NCBI GenBank assembly: GCA_963745075.1
Contig: CAVUWV010000008.1
Location: 128,001-192,000, forward strand
DNA: 64,000 nucleotides
Direction: 5' to 3'
Source: Candidatus Hydrogenedentota bacterium
GTDB taxonomy: Bacteria > Hydrogenedentota > Hydrogenedentia > Hydrogenedentales > SLHB01
The notes beneath the pieces are model-generated. The model was not told the origin of the DNA. It did not search any database and worked only from the letters and a program-made list of their open reading frames with translations. Every line of letters begins with the position of its first letter. The first letter of the stretch is position 1. The position numbers and the translations under genes were made by a program. This document shows positions 1 through 13,635 of the stretch, piece after piece.

Positions 1-55
1 TCTCCAGGGGTTCAAAGAGAAACGGTTAAAGGAGACACGTACGTCTTTCATCAGT

Positions 56-460
56 ATGCCACCCTACTTCGCTACAGAGAAAGAGAGTGTACTGGTCATT
101 TCGATGACCACGCGTGGCGTGGTAGCGCGTGCTGCGGTGAAATGCGGATACGCCGTCACGACCGTTCGCGACGTACCGGAGTCGGTTGACTGCCTGCGCA
201 AACGCAAATATCGGGCCGTGCTCGTCGATTTGGACGCGTCGGACCTGGATCCGCTCGAACTCGTGCTGAACGTGCGCGATTTCGATGCCGCCGTTCCCAT
301 CGTGGTGATGGCCTCGCTCTGGGACGCCGCAAACATAACGTCTCTGGGAACGCAACCCAGAACCATGCTGGTCGCCAAGTCCGACAACGTCGCGGACCTA
401 TCGCGCGACCTCGCCCGCTTGCCGCTCCTGGAAGCTGCTACCGGGCAAGCCGCTCCATAG
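56..460 (+). CDS. Stand-alone atypical response-regulator receiver (CheY-like) protein
   Basis: Receiver-like pattern VLVIS...GYAVTT...YRAVLVDLD...PLELV...VPIVVMAS...LVAK; the N-terminal acidic pair is absent. Confidence 0.6.
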   Translation: MPPYFATEKESVLVISMTTRGVVARAAVKCGYAVTTVRDVPESVDCLRKRKYRAVLVDLDASDLDPLELVLNVRDFDAAVPIVVMASLWDAANITSLGTQPRTMLVAKSDNVADLSRDLARLPLLEAATGQAAP

Positions 461-508
461 CGCCGCACGGAAGATTGGCGAAACAACTCAACGGAAGGAT
501 TTTGACTT

Positions 509-645
509 ATGGCTTTAGTTATCGAATGCCCGCACTGCCATGCGAAACTGAAAGCGCCAGACGACGCCCTTGGCAAACAGGGCAAATGCCCGGAATGCCA
601 GGGCACCGTTCGCGTGCCGGCGAAACGTCCCTCGGAGACGCAATA

Positions 646-646
<1 letters not shown>
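509..646 (+). CDS. 45-aa zinc-ribbon microprotein (CPHC-x16-CPEC), absent from the ORF track
   Basis: Manual translation MALVIECPHCHAKLKAPDDALGKQGKCPECQGTVRVPAKRPSETQ*; GGAAGGA just upstream; stop TAG overlaps the ectA GTG. Confidence 0.8.
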
Positions 647-2557
<1,911 letters not shown>

Positions 2558-2558
2558 C

Positions 2559-2990
2559 ATGATCGTTCGAACAGTCAGCGATTTGCAGGGCACGGACCGC
2601 GAGGTCCATGCGCCGACCTGGGTGAGCCGCCGATTCCTTCTCCGGAAAGACGGCATGGGGTTCTCCTTTCACGAAACCATTATTTATGCCGGGACGGAAA
2701 CCTACATGTGGTACCGGAATCATCTGGAGTCGGTGTACTGCGTGGAGGGCGAAGGCGAAATCGAGGAGGTTGCGAACGGCACGAGACACGCGATCGCGCC
2801 CGGTACGATGTACGCCCTCGATCGGCACGATAAGCATATTCTGCGCGCCAAGACCGATCTGCGTCTTATGTGCGTGTTCAATCCGCCGTGCACAGGCAAA
2901 GAGGTACACGACGAAGAAGGAGTGTATCCGTTGATTCAGGAAGACGAGGAAGAGCTGGCCGTGGAATCCATCGCGGCCGCGGAGCGCTAA
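2559..2990 (+). CDS. ectC: Ectoine synthase
   Basis: MIVR start, [22 protein letters not shown]...EVHDEEGVY cupin motifs. Confidence 0.97.
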   Translation: MIVRTVSDLQGTDREVHAPTWVSRRFLLRKDGMGFSFHETIIYAGTETYMWYRNHLESVYCVEGEGEIEEVANGTRHAIAPGTMYALDRHDKHILRAKTDLRLMCVFNPPCTGKEVHDEEGVYPLIQEDEEELAVESIAAAER

Positions 2991-3003
2991 AACGATCTAG
3001 AGG

Positions 3004-3945
3004 ATGGGAGCCATGCAAGACCTATATCCAACCCGATCGACCGATGGATTCTCGCTCATGGAGCGGCAGGATCCGGTTGTATACAGTCACAACGGCGGCG
3101 CGGTGGGTCCGCTCACGCGCGCGCAACTCGAACAGTACGACCGCGACGGATTTTTGTTTTTGGAGAATTTCTTCGCGCCGGACGAAGTCGAGGCCATGCA
3201 GAAGGAGTTGCACGCCCTGCGTCGGTCCGATGACGTGGCCGAGAAAGGCTGCGCGATCATCGAGCCCACGAGCGCGGAGGTGCGCTCCGTGTTCGACGTG
3301 ACGCGCTTGAGCCACTTGTTTTGGATGCTGTCACGGGACAGCCGTCTCGTGGACATGATCCGGCAGTTGCTGGACGACGATCTCTACATCCACCAGTCCC
3401 GCATCAATTACAAGCCGGGGTTTCAAGGCAAAGAATTTTATTGGCACTCCGATTTTGAAACGTGGCACGCGGAAGACGGGATGCCGCGGATGCGCGCCGT
3501 GAGTTGTTCGATCGCGTTGACGGAGAACAACGAGCACAACGGCCCCTTGATGGTGATTCCGGGATCGCACAAGCACTTCGTGTCCTGTGGGGGAAAGACG
3601 CCGAAGGATCACTACAAGGACTCGCTGCGGAAGCAAGAGTACGGTGTGCCGGACAACACGAGCCTTCAGACCTTGGCCGACCGCGGCGGCATTGTGGCTC
3701 CGAAGGGCCCGGCGGGGTCGCTGCTGTTGTTCGAGTGCAACACCATGCACGGGTCGAACAGCAACATCTCGCCGCACCCCCGGAGCAATGTGTTTCTCGT
3801 GTACAACGCCGTTACCAACGCGTTGGTGGATCCGTTCCAGGCGGACCAGCCGCGTCCGGAGTTTGTGGCGTCCCACGACTTCTCGCCCATCACGCCGGTC
3901 GACAGCGGATCGGTGGTAGCGAACATGGAGGCCATCCAGGCCTGA
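3004..3945 (+). CDS. ectD: Ectoine hydroxylase
   Basis: EctD signature FYWHSDFETWHAEDGMP and HGSNSNISPHPRSN; alternative start at 3013. Confidence 0.97.
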   Translation: MGAMQDLYPTRSTDGFSLMERQDPVVYSHNGGAVGPLTRAQLEQYDRDGFLFLENFFAPDEVEAMQKELHALRRSDDVAEKGCAIIEPTSAEVRSVFDVTRLSHLFWMLSRDSRLVDMIRQLLDDDLYIHQSRINYKPGFQGKEFYWHSDFETWHAEDGMPRMRAVSCSIALTENNEHNGPLMVIPGSHKHFVSCGGKTPKDHYKDSLRKQEYGVPDNTSLQTLADRGGIVAPKGPAGSLLLFECNTMHGSNSNISPHPRSNVFLVYNAVTNALVDPFQADQPRPEFVASHDFSPITPVDSGSVVANMEAIQA

Positions 3946-3978
3946 GCCAAGGGGCGACGCGCCCCGGAGATTCGAACG

Positions 3979-4890
3979 ATGAAACAACGCATAATCCGGC
4001 GGCTGTCGCGTGCGGCGGCCGCCTGTTTTTTGATTGGCGCTCTGGTGTCGGCTTGCGGCGGTCCGGGCGGCGGTTCCGCAGGGCCGGCCAACGAGTCCAC
4101 GCTGGACCGCATCAAGCGCACGGGCACGATCCGCGTCGGGTATGCCAACGAAGCGCCTTACGCGTACATCGATGGGGCCACCGGGGAATTGACGGGCGAA
4201 GCGCCGGAGATTCTTCGGGTAGTCATGGATCGGATGGGCGTGGACAAGGTGGAAGGCGTGCTTACCGAATTCGGGTCGTTGATACCGGGTCTGAAAGCGA
4301 AACGCTTCGACGCGATCGCGGCCGGCATGTACATTACGCCAGAGCGCTGCCAACAGATCGATTTTTCGAATCCGGATTACACCATCGGAGAAGCGTTCAT
4401 CGTGAAAAAGGGCAATCCCCTGGACTTGCACAGCTACGACGACATCGCCAAGCACCCGTCGGCCAAACTGGGCGTGGTCGCGGGCACGGTGGAGCGGGGC
4501 TACGCGCGGGGTACGGGGATTGCGGACGACCGGGTCATCGTGTTTCCCGATCCACCCAGCGCGCTCGCGGGTGTCGTGGCCGGCCGGGTCGACGCGTACG
4601 CGGGAACGAGCCTGACCATTCAGGATCTTATGAATAAATCCAGCAACGATGATTTGGAACGCGCGGACCCCTTTACGGATCCCACGATCGACGGGAAGAC
4701 CGTGCGCGGTTACGGGGCGTTCGGGTTTCGCAAGGGCGACGACACTTTTCGCGAGGCGTTTAATGATGAACTCGCGAAGTTCATCGGGACGCCGGAACAT
4801 CTGAAGCTCGTGAAGCCCTTCGGGTTCACGGAAAACGAACTGCCGGGTGGCAAAACGGCAGCAGAACTCTGCGGCGGGGCGGATTCGTGA
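3979..4890 (+). CDS. ehuB: Ectoine/hydroxyectoine ABC transporter substrate-binding lipoprotein
   Basis: Lipobox LVSAC; GYANEAPYAY, FGSLIPGL, AAGMYITPERC; operon context. Confidence 0.92.
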   Translation: MKQRIIRRLSRAAAACFLIGALVSACGGPGGGSAGPANESTLDRIKRTGTIRVGYANEAPYAYIDGATGELTGEAPEILRVVMDRMGVDKVEGVLTEFGSLIPGLKAKRFDAIAAGMYITPERCQQIDFSNPDYTIGEAFIVKKGNPLDLHSYDDIAKHPSAKLGVVAGTVERGYARGTGIADDRVIVFPDPPSALAGVVAGRVDAYAGTSLTIQDLMNKSSNDDLERADPFTDPTIDGKTVRGYGAFGFRKGDDTFREAFNDELAKFIGTPEHLKLVKPFGFTENELPGGKTAAELCGGADS

Positions 4891-4901
4891 TGTATTCAGC
4901 C

Positions 4902-5053
4902 GTCATCCTGAGCGTCAGCGAAGGATCTCATCACATTTGCGCATCCCGCTTCGATCCCGATCCCGATTTCGAGAGTAATGCAGGTCGCAACCATACTCGA
5001 CTGTTCTCGCCGCCAACAACTCCGCCCGCAGCGTGGTCCGCGCTCAGGATGAT
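4902..5053. repeat. REP-like inverted doublet, GTCATCCTGAGCG family
   Basis: Left arm GTCATCCTGAGCGTCAGCGAAGGATCTC (4902-4929); inverted partial arm CGCTCAGGATGAT (5041-5053); lies between ehuB and ehuC. Confidence 0.7.
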
Positions 5054-5110
5054 GTGCGCAGATATTCGCTGGAACAGTTTCGCAGCGTTAGCGATCCGGA
5101 GGATGTAGCC

Positions 5111-5773
5111 ATGCCTCCACCCCTGGACTTGCTGCCAGCCCTGTTGGGTGGGCTCTGGGTGACCCTCGGGCTGACCGCGGGCGGCGCGTGCGTGGCCTTT
5201 GTCGCGGCGTGGCTGTCTGGATTGGGGCGACTAAGCCACGTGCTCCCAATCCGGTGGTTGTCCATTGCATATATCGAGACGTTTCGGGGGACGTCGGCCC
5301 TGGTTCAGTTGTATTGGTTCTACTTCGCGCTGCCGCTGATCGGCGTCAGCCTGTCCGCGATGACGACGGGCATCCTGGTGCTCGGGCTCAACATCGGCAG
5401 TTACGGAGGCGAAGTGGTGCGCGGTGCGATCCAGGCGGTGCCCAAGGGGCAGCATGAGGCGTCGACGGCGTTGAATATGTCGCCGCTGCAAGGGCTTTGG
5501 CTGGTGACCGTGCCGCAAGCGGCCATCGCCATGCTGCCGCCGGCGGGCAACTTGTTGATCGAGTTGTTGAAGAGCACGGCGCTGGTGTCGCTGATCACGC
5601 TGAGCGATTTGACGTTTCGCGGACAACTTCTTCGCGCGGAAACGTTACGCACGACGGAAGTCTTCGGCCTGTTGCTCGCGATTTATTTTGCGATTGCGCT
5701 CGTGTTTACGTTTTTCGTGCGTTTGCTGGAGCGACGGCTCACGCGGGGACGGCAGTTGGAGGTGTCCCATTGA
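5111..5773 (+). CDS. ehuC: Ectoine ABC transporter permease
   Basis: FRGTSALVQLYW and EVVRGAIQAVPKGQ polar-amino-acid permease motifs. Confidence 0.9.
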   Translation: MPPPLDLLPALLGGLWVTLGLTAGGACVAFVAAWLSGLGRLSHVLPIRWLSIAYIETFRGTSALVQLYWFYFALPLIGVSLSAMTTGILVLGLNIGSYGGEVVRGAIQAVPKGQHEASTALNMSPLQGLWLVTVPQAAIAMLPPAGNLLIELLKSTALVSLITLSDLTFRGQLLRAETLRTTEVFGLLLAIYFAIALVFTFFVRLLERRLTRGRQLEVSH

Positions 5774-6435
5774 ATTTTGATTGGCATTTTACGTGGGAGA
5801 TTATGCCCGATTTGTTGCGGGGCCTTGTCGTGACGGTGGAAGCCACGGTGATAGGCACGTTTCTCGCTGCGCTGCTGGGTCTGGTGTGGGCCATGGCGAG
5901 ACGGAGCAAACGGCGCGCAATCACGTGGCCCGTCGGTACTCTTGTTGAATTCATTCGCAGCACACCGGTGCTGGTGCAGATCTACTTTCTTTTTTACGTG
6001 CTGCCGGGTTTCGGCGTCAGCATGACGCCATTGATGACGGGCATTATCGCGCTCGGGATTCACTACAGTTGTTACATGTCCGAAGTGTATCGCGCGGGGA
6101 TCGAAGGCGTGCAGCGGGGCCAGTGGGAAGCGGCGACCGCACTGAACCTCAGCCGGAAACAAACGTGGCTCAAGGTCATTCTGCCGCAGGCGATACCGCC
6201 GGTCGTGCCGGCCCTTGGGAACTACTTCGTGGCCATGTTCAAAGATACACCGATGCTTTCCGCCATTACTGTGCTTGAATTGTTGCAGTCCGCAAAGATC
6301 GTGGGATCCGAAACGTTCCGTTATCTCGAGCCCTTGACGCTGGCGGGGATCTTCTTCCTGGTTTGCAGTTTGGCGGCGGCGGCGCTCATTCGCTGGACGG
6401 AACGGAAACTGCACGTACAAGGAGCGCGCACGTGA
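5770..6435 (+). CDS. ehuD: Ectoine ABC transporter permease
   Basis: [11 protein letters not shown] and [21 protein letters not shown] start overlaps the ehuC stop. Confidence 0.9.
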   Translation: MNFDWHFTWEIMPDLLRGLVVTVEATVIGTFLAALLGLVWAMARRSKRRAITWPVGTLVEFIRSTPVLVQIYFLFYVLPGFGVSMTPLMTGIIALGIHYSCYMSEVYRAGIEGVQRGQWEAATALNLSRKQTWLKVILPQAIPPVVPALGNYFVAMFKDTPMLSAITVLELLQSAKIVGSETFRYLEPLTLAGIFFLVCSLAAAALIRWTERKLHVQGART

Positions 6436-7208
6436 GCGAACAACCCATCGTACGGCTCAACGATATCGTGAAGTCCTACGGCGACGTGCACGTACTCCGC
6501 AGGCTTAACCTCGACGTTGCGCCGAAAGAGAAGGTGTCCATTATCGGACCCAGTGGCTCGGGCAAGTCGACCTTGCTGCGGCTCCTGATGACGCTGGAGA
6601 AGCCGACCTCGGGCGAGATCGAGATCGACGGGGATTCCTTGTGGCACATGCAACGGAACGGGAGCACGGTGCCCGCGAATCGGAAGCACGTGCGCGCGGT
6701 GCGGGGCAAAGTAGGCATGGTGTTCCAGCATTTCAATTTGTTCCCGCACATGACCGTTTTTCACAACGTGACCGTCGCGCCGCGGCATGTATTGAAAGTG
6801 CCCAAAGCGGAGGCCGAACGGCACGCGCGCGAGTTGCTCGACAAGGTCGGTCTGGCGGACAAGGTCGACACGTACCCTGGGCAACTTTCCGGCGGGCAAA
6901 AGCAACGGGTGGCGATCGCGCGCGCGCTCGCGTTGCAGCCGAAAGTGATGTTGTTCGATGAGGTGACGTCGGCCCTCGATCCGGAACTTGTGGGCGAGGT
7001 GTTGACGGTGCTGCGGGACTTGGCGCATCAGGACGACACGACGATGATCCTGGTCACGCATGAGATGCGGTTCGCGCAGGAGATTTCCGACCGCGTGGTG
7101 TTCATCGACCACGGCAACATCGTGGAAGAGGGCAGCCCCGACCGCATCTTCACCGAGCCCGCCGAGGACCGCACGCGCGAGTTCTTACGGGCTGTTCTTG
7201 AAGCATAA
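6432..7208 (+). CDS. ehuA: Ectoine ABC transporter ATP-binding subunit
   Basis: Walker [30 protein letters not shown]. Confidence 0.92.
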   Translation: MSEQPIVRLNDIVKSYGDVHVLRRLNLDVAPKEKVSIIGPSGSGKSTLLRLLMTLEKPTSGEIEIDGDSLWHMQRNGSTVPANRKHVRAVRGKVGMVFQHFNLFPHMTVFHNVTVAPRHVLKVPKAEAERHARELLDKVGLADKVDTYPGQLSGGQKQRVAIARALALQPKVMLFDEVTSALDPELVGEVLTVLRDLAHQDDTTMILVTHEMRFAQEISDRVVFIDHGNIVEEGSPDRIFTEPAEDRTREFLRAVLEA

Positions 7209-7236
7209 AGAGCAAAAGCTTTAGCAACGAAATCTA

Positions 7237-7398
7237 AATATCCCCCTTGACCCCTCTCAAAGGGGGAGTTATCCGCAACGCTTCGCGTTGCGTTCTGGTT
7301 TGGCAGAGACCACGACGCCACGGGTGCGACAATGCCTTTCCCCATCGACGGCGCTGGATACGATTTGCCCTTTGGAGGGGATCAAGGGGGATTGTTCT
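7237..7398. repeat. REP-like inverted doublet, family A copy 1 (degenerate)
   Basis: ATATCCCCCTTGACCCCTCTCAAAGGGGGAG ... CCCTTTGGAGGGGATCAAGGGGGATTGTT. Confidence 0.85.
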
Positions 7399-7493
7399 TA
7401 CGAACCGCAATGCCGGGCGCGAAGGCGTTGCGACGGGATATTTGAAGGCTTGCCCGGTTTCAGGGCGCATCGGAATGCAGGGAGGAACGCGCT

Positions 7494-8237
7494 ATGAGTG
7501 AACTTCTGAAAGAACATTACACACGGCTTGCCGATAAGTACGATGACTTCTTGTACTATTCGCCGAAGTTTGTGCGGACGTTGACGACGAAGATGGTCGA
7601 CAAGCTGCAACTCGAACCCGACGACGTGTTGCTCGACCTCGCCTGTGGGACGGGCATGTATTCAGTGGATATCTTGAAGCAGGTGCCGCTGAAACATCCA
7701 GTGCAGGCGGTGGACCCGTTCGCAGAGATGCTGGCCGCCATTCCCGAGGACTGCGGGCTCGCGCCGATCTGTATGGATGCGCTCGCGTATTGCGCCAATC
7801 ACAATGGATATACGAAGGCGTTCATGAAGGAAGCGGTGCATCACGTCGACGACAAGGCGCGACTGTTCGCGGACGTATACGCCAACCTGCCCAAAGGCGG
7901 GGCGTTTTTACTCGTTCACGTGCCGCCCACGATTCAGTATCCGCTTTTCGACGCGGCCCTGAAACGCGCTCTCGACTGGCATGCCTGCCCGAACGAACTG
8001 CAGGACCTCCTGCACGACGCGGGGTTCGAGGTCGAACGGGACGGGCTGGACTATCCCCACTCCATTCCGAAGATCAAATACTTCGCCATGGTGGAATCCT
8101 GCTACATGACGCTTCTGTCGTCGTTCTCCGACGACGAACTCGCCGCGGGCCTGGAAGAAATGGAAGCGCGGTACGACGGCACGGAAACGCTGGAGTTTGT
8201 CGACCACTTCGATTACATCACTGCACGGAAGCGGTAG
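7494..8237 (+). CDS. Class I SAM-dependent methyltransferase
   Basis: Motif I LLDLACGTG; KEAVHH; RBS GGAGG. Confidence 0.85.
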   Translation: MSELLKEHYTRLADKYDDFLYYSPKFVRTLTTKMVDKLQLEPDDVLLDLACGTGMYSVDILKQVPLKHPVQAVDPFAEMLAAIPEDCGLAPICMDALAYCANHNGYTKAFMKEAVHHVDDKARLFADVYANLPKGGAFLLVHVPPTIQYPLFDAALKRALDWHACPNELQDLLHDAGFEVERDGLDYPHSIPKIKYFAMVESCYMTLLSSFSDDELAAGLEEMEARYDGTETLEFVDHFDYITARKR

Positions 8238-8321
8238 ACGATCCGAATCGGTCAGTCCGCTTCAGCGAAATCGACACGTTGACGGCTCGCCATTGGGGCT
8301 GTCGCGGAATCGTAAAAATCA

Positions 8322-8344
8322 ACGCGGCTGGAAGCCGCGTCTAC
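8322..8344 (-). repeat. GTAG-type REP palindrome
   Basis: Reverse complement reads GTAGACGCGGCTTCCAGCCGCGT; a GTAGACG remnant faces it at 8234-8240. Confidence 0.6.
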
Positions 8345-8445
8345 TCTTCGGGTCCATTTCGTTTGGAGGTGCGCGTTGGTGGTAGTATTCGCTGAACGGC
8401 AGAATCGATCGTAGCGGTCCCTGAGCGTAATGAGGAGAACATCAC

Positions 8446-8853
8446 ATGAGTATTTCATTTGACCGTCATTCCACCGTACTTCATGGCGTCACCGTGGCAT
8501 TCGCGGCGGATTCGGGCGGAGCATCGGGTAGTGGAAGTTCGGATACCGTTTTCGTTGTAGCCGAGATTGAAGTGAGGCCGGGCACGCGCGGGGAATTTGC
8601 CGAAATTTTCAAGAACAACGTGCCGAACGTGCATGCAGAAGACGGTTGCATCATGTACGAGCCCGTCGTCGACCGGGATACGGTCGTCGGCGCGCAGGCG
8701 CCGTTGCGGGACAACGTCATGACGGTGATGGAGAAATGGGCCAGTCTCGACGCCCTAAAAGCGCATATGCAAGCGCCGCACATGAACGCGTACAACGAAC
8801 AGGTCAAAGACCTGGTGACGGGGGTGACGATTCGGGTGATGCAGTCGGCGTGA
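8446..8853 (+). CDS. ABM-family (putative quinol monooxygenase) protein
   Basis: VHAEDGCIMYEP and EKWASLDALKAHMQAPHM; true start uncertain. Confidence 0.85.
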   Translation: MSISFDRHSTVLHGVTVAFAADSGGASGSGSSDTVFVVAEIEVRPGTRGEFAEIFKNNVPNVHAEDGCIMYEPVVDRDTVVGAQAPLRDNVMTVMEKWASLDALKAHMQAPHMNAYNEQVKDLVTGVTIRVMQSA

Positions 8854-9337
8854 GGGGAAGTATGAATTACGAATTGAGCGTTAGCTCCGGAATTCTCACA
8901 CGCACCAAACGTCGAATCTGTGACCCCAAACCGCCCTGGAGTTTCGCGTGCCGACCCGCGCTACTTGAGGTCGATAGCTTCGGCGCAGATGCGGTGGGCT
9001 TCTTCCGGCGCGGACCTACACGGACAGACACGGACGGTCGCGGGCTTGAGGGCTGGGGCTCTCGGCCTGGCGCGTGATTCGGGGGCTGGGGGGCACGACT
9101 TCAGTGGATGGGCGCTGTCGGCGGGTGCGGGGGCTTTTGGCGGCGTGGGCGGTCGGATTTTACGTTGCTTGGGGGGCGTTTTTTGCGTCTGAAACGGGGG
9201 AATGGTATGCTTTGACGGCATTTTACCCGCCTGGTTCCAGTCTGCTTTCCCTGTGCAAGCACTGCGGTTGGGCGGTATGACGCGTTGCACGGTTGTCGGC
9301 GCGTGCCGGGACCACGCTGCGGGCGTGGGAGTTGCCA

Positions 9338-10048
9338 GTGTCGCAAGAGCGTTCGGAAGCCATTGTGATTCGGGCCGTGGACTTCAGCGAGACGAGCCGG
9401 ATCGTGACGTTCCTGAGTCCCGACCGGGGCAAATTGGCCTGTATGGCGGCCGGTGTGCGGCGTCCCAAGAGCCAATTGGCGGGTATGCTGGACACCTTCA
9501 ACCGGCTGGAAGTGGTCTATTACTGGAAAGACGGCCGGAGCGTGCAGAAGCTGGGCGAGGCGACGCTGCTCGACGGGTTCAGCGCTTTGAAGGCGGACCT
9601 GGAAAAGGGCGCGTACGCGGCGTTCCCCCTGGAATTCGCGTATAAGGCGGCCCAGGAGAACGAGCCGTCCGGGGAGTTGTACGAGACACTGCTTTCCGGG
9701 TTGGAAGGCATGCGGGCGTGGCCGGGTCCGGCTCGGGTTCATGCCGCGTGGCAGGTCGTCCAGTTGTTGCGCGTGGCCGGGTTCGATCCGGATCTGAACG
9801 GCGACACAGACGGCAAACGCAGCGTCGGTTTTTCCTTCGATGGCGGCGTGGTGTCGTCCGGTGAACGGGCGGACCGGTCGCTTCGTGTGGAAGACCTGGA
9901 CCGGTTGCGGCTTCTGGCCGCTGCCCGCGACCGGTGCCCGGAGGTAGACGACTCGCCGGAGGTTTTCGAGGCCGTGTGCGGCTATGTAACCCGGCAACTG
10001 GAGAGTGAATTTCGCAGTCTGCGCGTGATCGCGCAGTTGTTTCCGTAA
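9338..10048 (+). CDS. recO: DNA repair protein RecO
   Basis: AIVIRAVDFSETSRIVTFLSPDRGKL...GVRRPKS OB-fold start. Confidence 0.88.
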   Translation: MSQERSEAIVIRAVDFSETSRIVTFLSPDRGKLACMAAGVRRPKSQLAGMLDTFNRLEVVYYWKDGRSVQKLGEATLLDGFSALKADLEKGAYAAFPLEFAYKAAQENEPSGELYETLLSGLEGMRAWPGPARVHAAWQVVQLLRVAGFDPDLNGDTDGKRSVGFSFDGGVVSSGERADRSLRVEDLDRLRLLAAARDRCPEVDDSPEVFEAVCGYVTRQLESEFRSLRVIAQLFP

Positions 10049-10081
10049 ACGCATCGCGCAGGACTGAGTATCGATATACCC

Positions 10082-11900
<1,819 letters not shown>

Positions 11901-11946
11901 CTGCGTGTCAACGCGATGGTCAGCCGTACTGTTTTGAAGAATTGCA

Positions 11947-12117
11947 GAAGAACATCCCCCTTAAGCCCCCTTCAAAGGGGGAATCGTTCGCAACGCTTTG
12001 CGTTGTGTCTGAAACGGTCAGCGAATGACCTCGACGTGTTTTCATTGCCGTCGCGCATTTCGAAAGACTCGGAAGCGCCCATTTCCCCCAATGAAGGGGG
12101 ATCAAGGGGGATGTTCC
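11947..12117. repeat. REP-like inverted doublet, family A copy 2
   Basis: GAAGAACATCCCCCTTAAGCCCCCTTCAAAGGGGGAA ... TTCCCCCAATGAAGGGGGATCAAGGGGGATGTTC; lies between lepA and lepB. Confidence 0.9.
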
Positions 12118-12172
12118 TCGATCCGGTCACCTTAGCGGAGGTGTAACCATACTAGTGGGAAACCGATCTAAA

Positions 12173-13594
12173 ATGAGCTATTCGAAACGCCATACCATTC
12201 GACCGCGCGTCGCCCCCGCCTCCACCGGCCTGGGCCAGGGAATCGCGCAGACCATTCAAACCATCACCGGCCCGTGGACCTGGGAGAACCTGTTCAGTTG
12301 GGTGAAGCTCATCCTGCTGGTGCTCACGATCTGGTGGTTGTTTATTCAACCGTTCCGTATTCCGAGCGGTTCCATGGAACCGACGCTGCACGGCGATCCG
12401 GGTTTCTTCACGGGCGACCGGGTTTTTGTGAATAAACTGATTTACGGGCCGCGCATTCCCTTCATGAACAAGCGCATCTTTCGAATGGGCGAGCCGAAGC
12501 GATGGGACATCGTCGTCTTCCGGTCGGTCGAGCCTGAAGATCCGCGCAAGATTCTGATCAAACGCATCGTCGGCCTTCCGGGCGAGCGGATCCACATCTA
12601 CGACGGCAAGATCTACGTGAACGGTGTGCCTCAGGAATTGCCCGCGAACATGCCGGACGTTTACTACATCGGCGAGATGCCGCCGCCGGAAGAGAAAGAG
12701 GCGGAGATCGTCGCCGAGCATCCGGATGACCTCCAGGCGGAAAACGACAAATGGAACGAGCGGTACAACGAGTGGAAAATGCTGGGGCCGTCACGGTTGC
12801 GCTACGGCGTGCTCGAGGATGAGCAGTATTCCGTCATCCCCCCGGATCACTACCTCATGCTGGGCGACAACAGCCCACATAGCCTGGACGGCCGCTTCTT
12901 CGGCTGGGTCCCGCGCGATCGCATTCTGGGCCGGGCGTTCTGCGTGTGGTGGCCCATTGGGCACCGGAAAGACTTGAGCGGATTTACGAAGACCGTATCG
13001 GGTATGGCGCTGCTCATCGGGATTCCGGGTCTACTCATCGGCTACGAGATATGCCGCGCCTTTTTCTTCTTGCCGTGGCGAATGCGCGGGAACGCCTTGG
13101 GGAAACGCGCGTCCAAGGGCGAACGCGTGTTAATCAATCGCGCGCGGTTCGGCATCCGGCTGCCCCTCCTCGGGATTCCGATTTATCGGGGACGCGCGCC
13201 GGCGTCGGGCGAGTGCGTGGCGTTTACGGTGTCCGTGGAAGTTCCCGGCGGGGCGACCATGCCGGACTTGGCATTCGGCACGGTTCTGGGCGTTCCGGGA
13301 GACACCGTCACCATTGAAGACGGGACCATCGTTGTAAACGGAACTTCGACGGGCCGGGCGGCACAGCGTGATGGAGCTTCCGAAAGCAGCAGCGCCAAGG
13401 GCAAGACAAAGTGGCCGCCCAAGAAGACGTCGACGGTTCCCGAGGACCAGTACCTGGTGCTAGCGGACGACGCGTCGAGCGGTCCCGACACGCGCACGGT
13501 GGGTTGGGTGCCGAAGGAGTCGCTGGTCGGCACGGTATCGACGGTCTGGTGGCCGCCGCACAAGATTCGTTTGGTCGCGAAGAACGAGGCGTGA
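12173..13594 (+). CDS. lepB: Signal peptidase I with a second, degenerate S26 domain
   Basis: IPSGSMEPTL, IKRIVGLPGE, GDNSPHSLDGRFFGWVP; follows lepA; C-terminal half repeats the fold motifs. Confidence 0.92.
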   Translation: MSYSKRHTIRPRVAPASTGLGQGIAQTIQTITGPWTWENLFSWVKLILLVLTIWWLFIQPFRIPSGSMEPTLHGDPGFFTGDRVFVNKLIYGPRIPFMNKRIFRMGEPKRWDIVVFRSVEPEDPRKILIKRIVGLPGERIHIYDGKIYVNGVPQELPANMPDVYYIGEMPPPEEKEAEIVAEHPDDLQAENDKWNERYNEWKMLGPSRLRYGVLEDEQYSVIPPDHYLMLGDNSPHSLDGRFFGWVPRDRILGRAFCVWWPIGHRKDLSGFTKTVSGMALLIGIPGLLIGYEICRAFFFLPWRMRGNALGKRASKGERVLINRARFGIRLPLLGIPIYRGRAPASGECVAFTVSVEVPGGATMPDLAFGTVLGVPGDTVTIEDGTIVVNGTSTGRAAQRDGASESSSAKGKTKWPPKKTSTVPEDQYLVLADDASSGPDTRTVGWVPKESLVGTVSTVWWPPHKIRLVAKNEA

Positions 13595-13635
13595 GCGCGC
13601 AACGGCGTGCGAACCCACATTTGGAGTGACGCGCG

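Noticed and set aside
475..645. N-terminal extension of ectA in the ORF track
   Set aside because: The region is better explained by the Zn-ribbon ORF in another frame, and ectA has an RBS and GTG at 646
7494..8237. Methyltransferase as a glycine-betaine synthesis enzyme of the osmolyte cluster
   Set aside because: Only adjacency supports it; it is separated by a repeat element and I see no family-specific motif
11916..12146. Small ORFs sharing TSPL.PLQRG / PFEGGSRG peptides (also near 7247, 18663, 52665)
   Set aside because: The shared peptides are translations of the family A repeat arms, not a protein family
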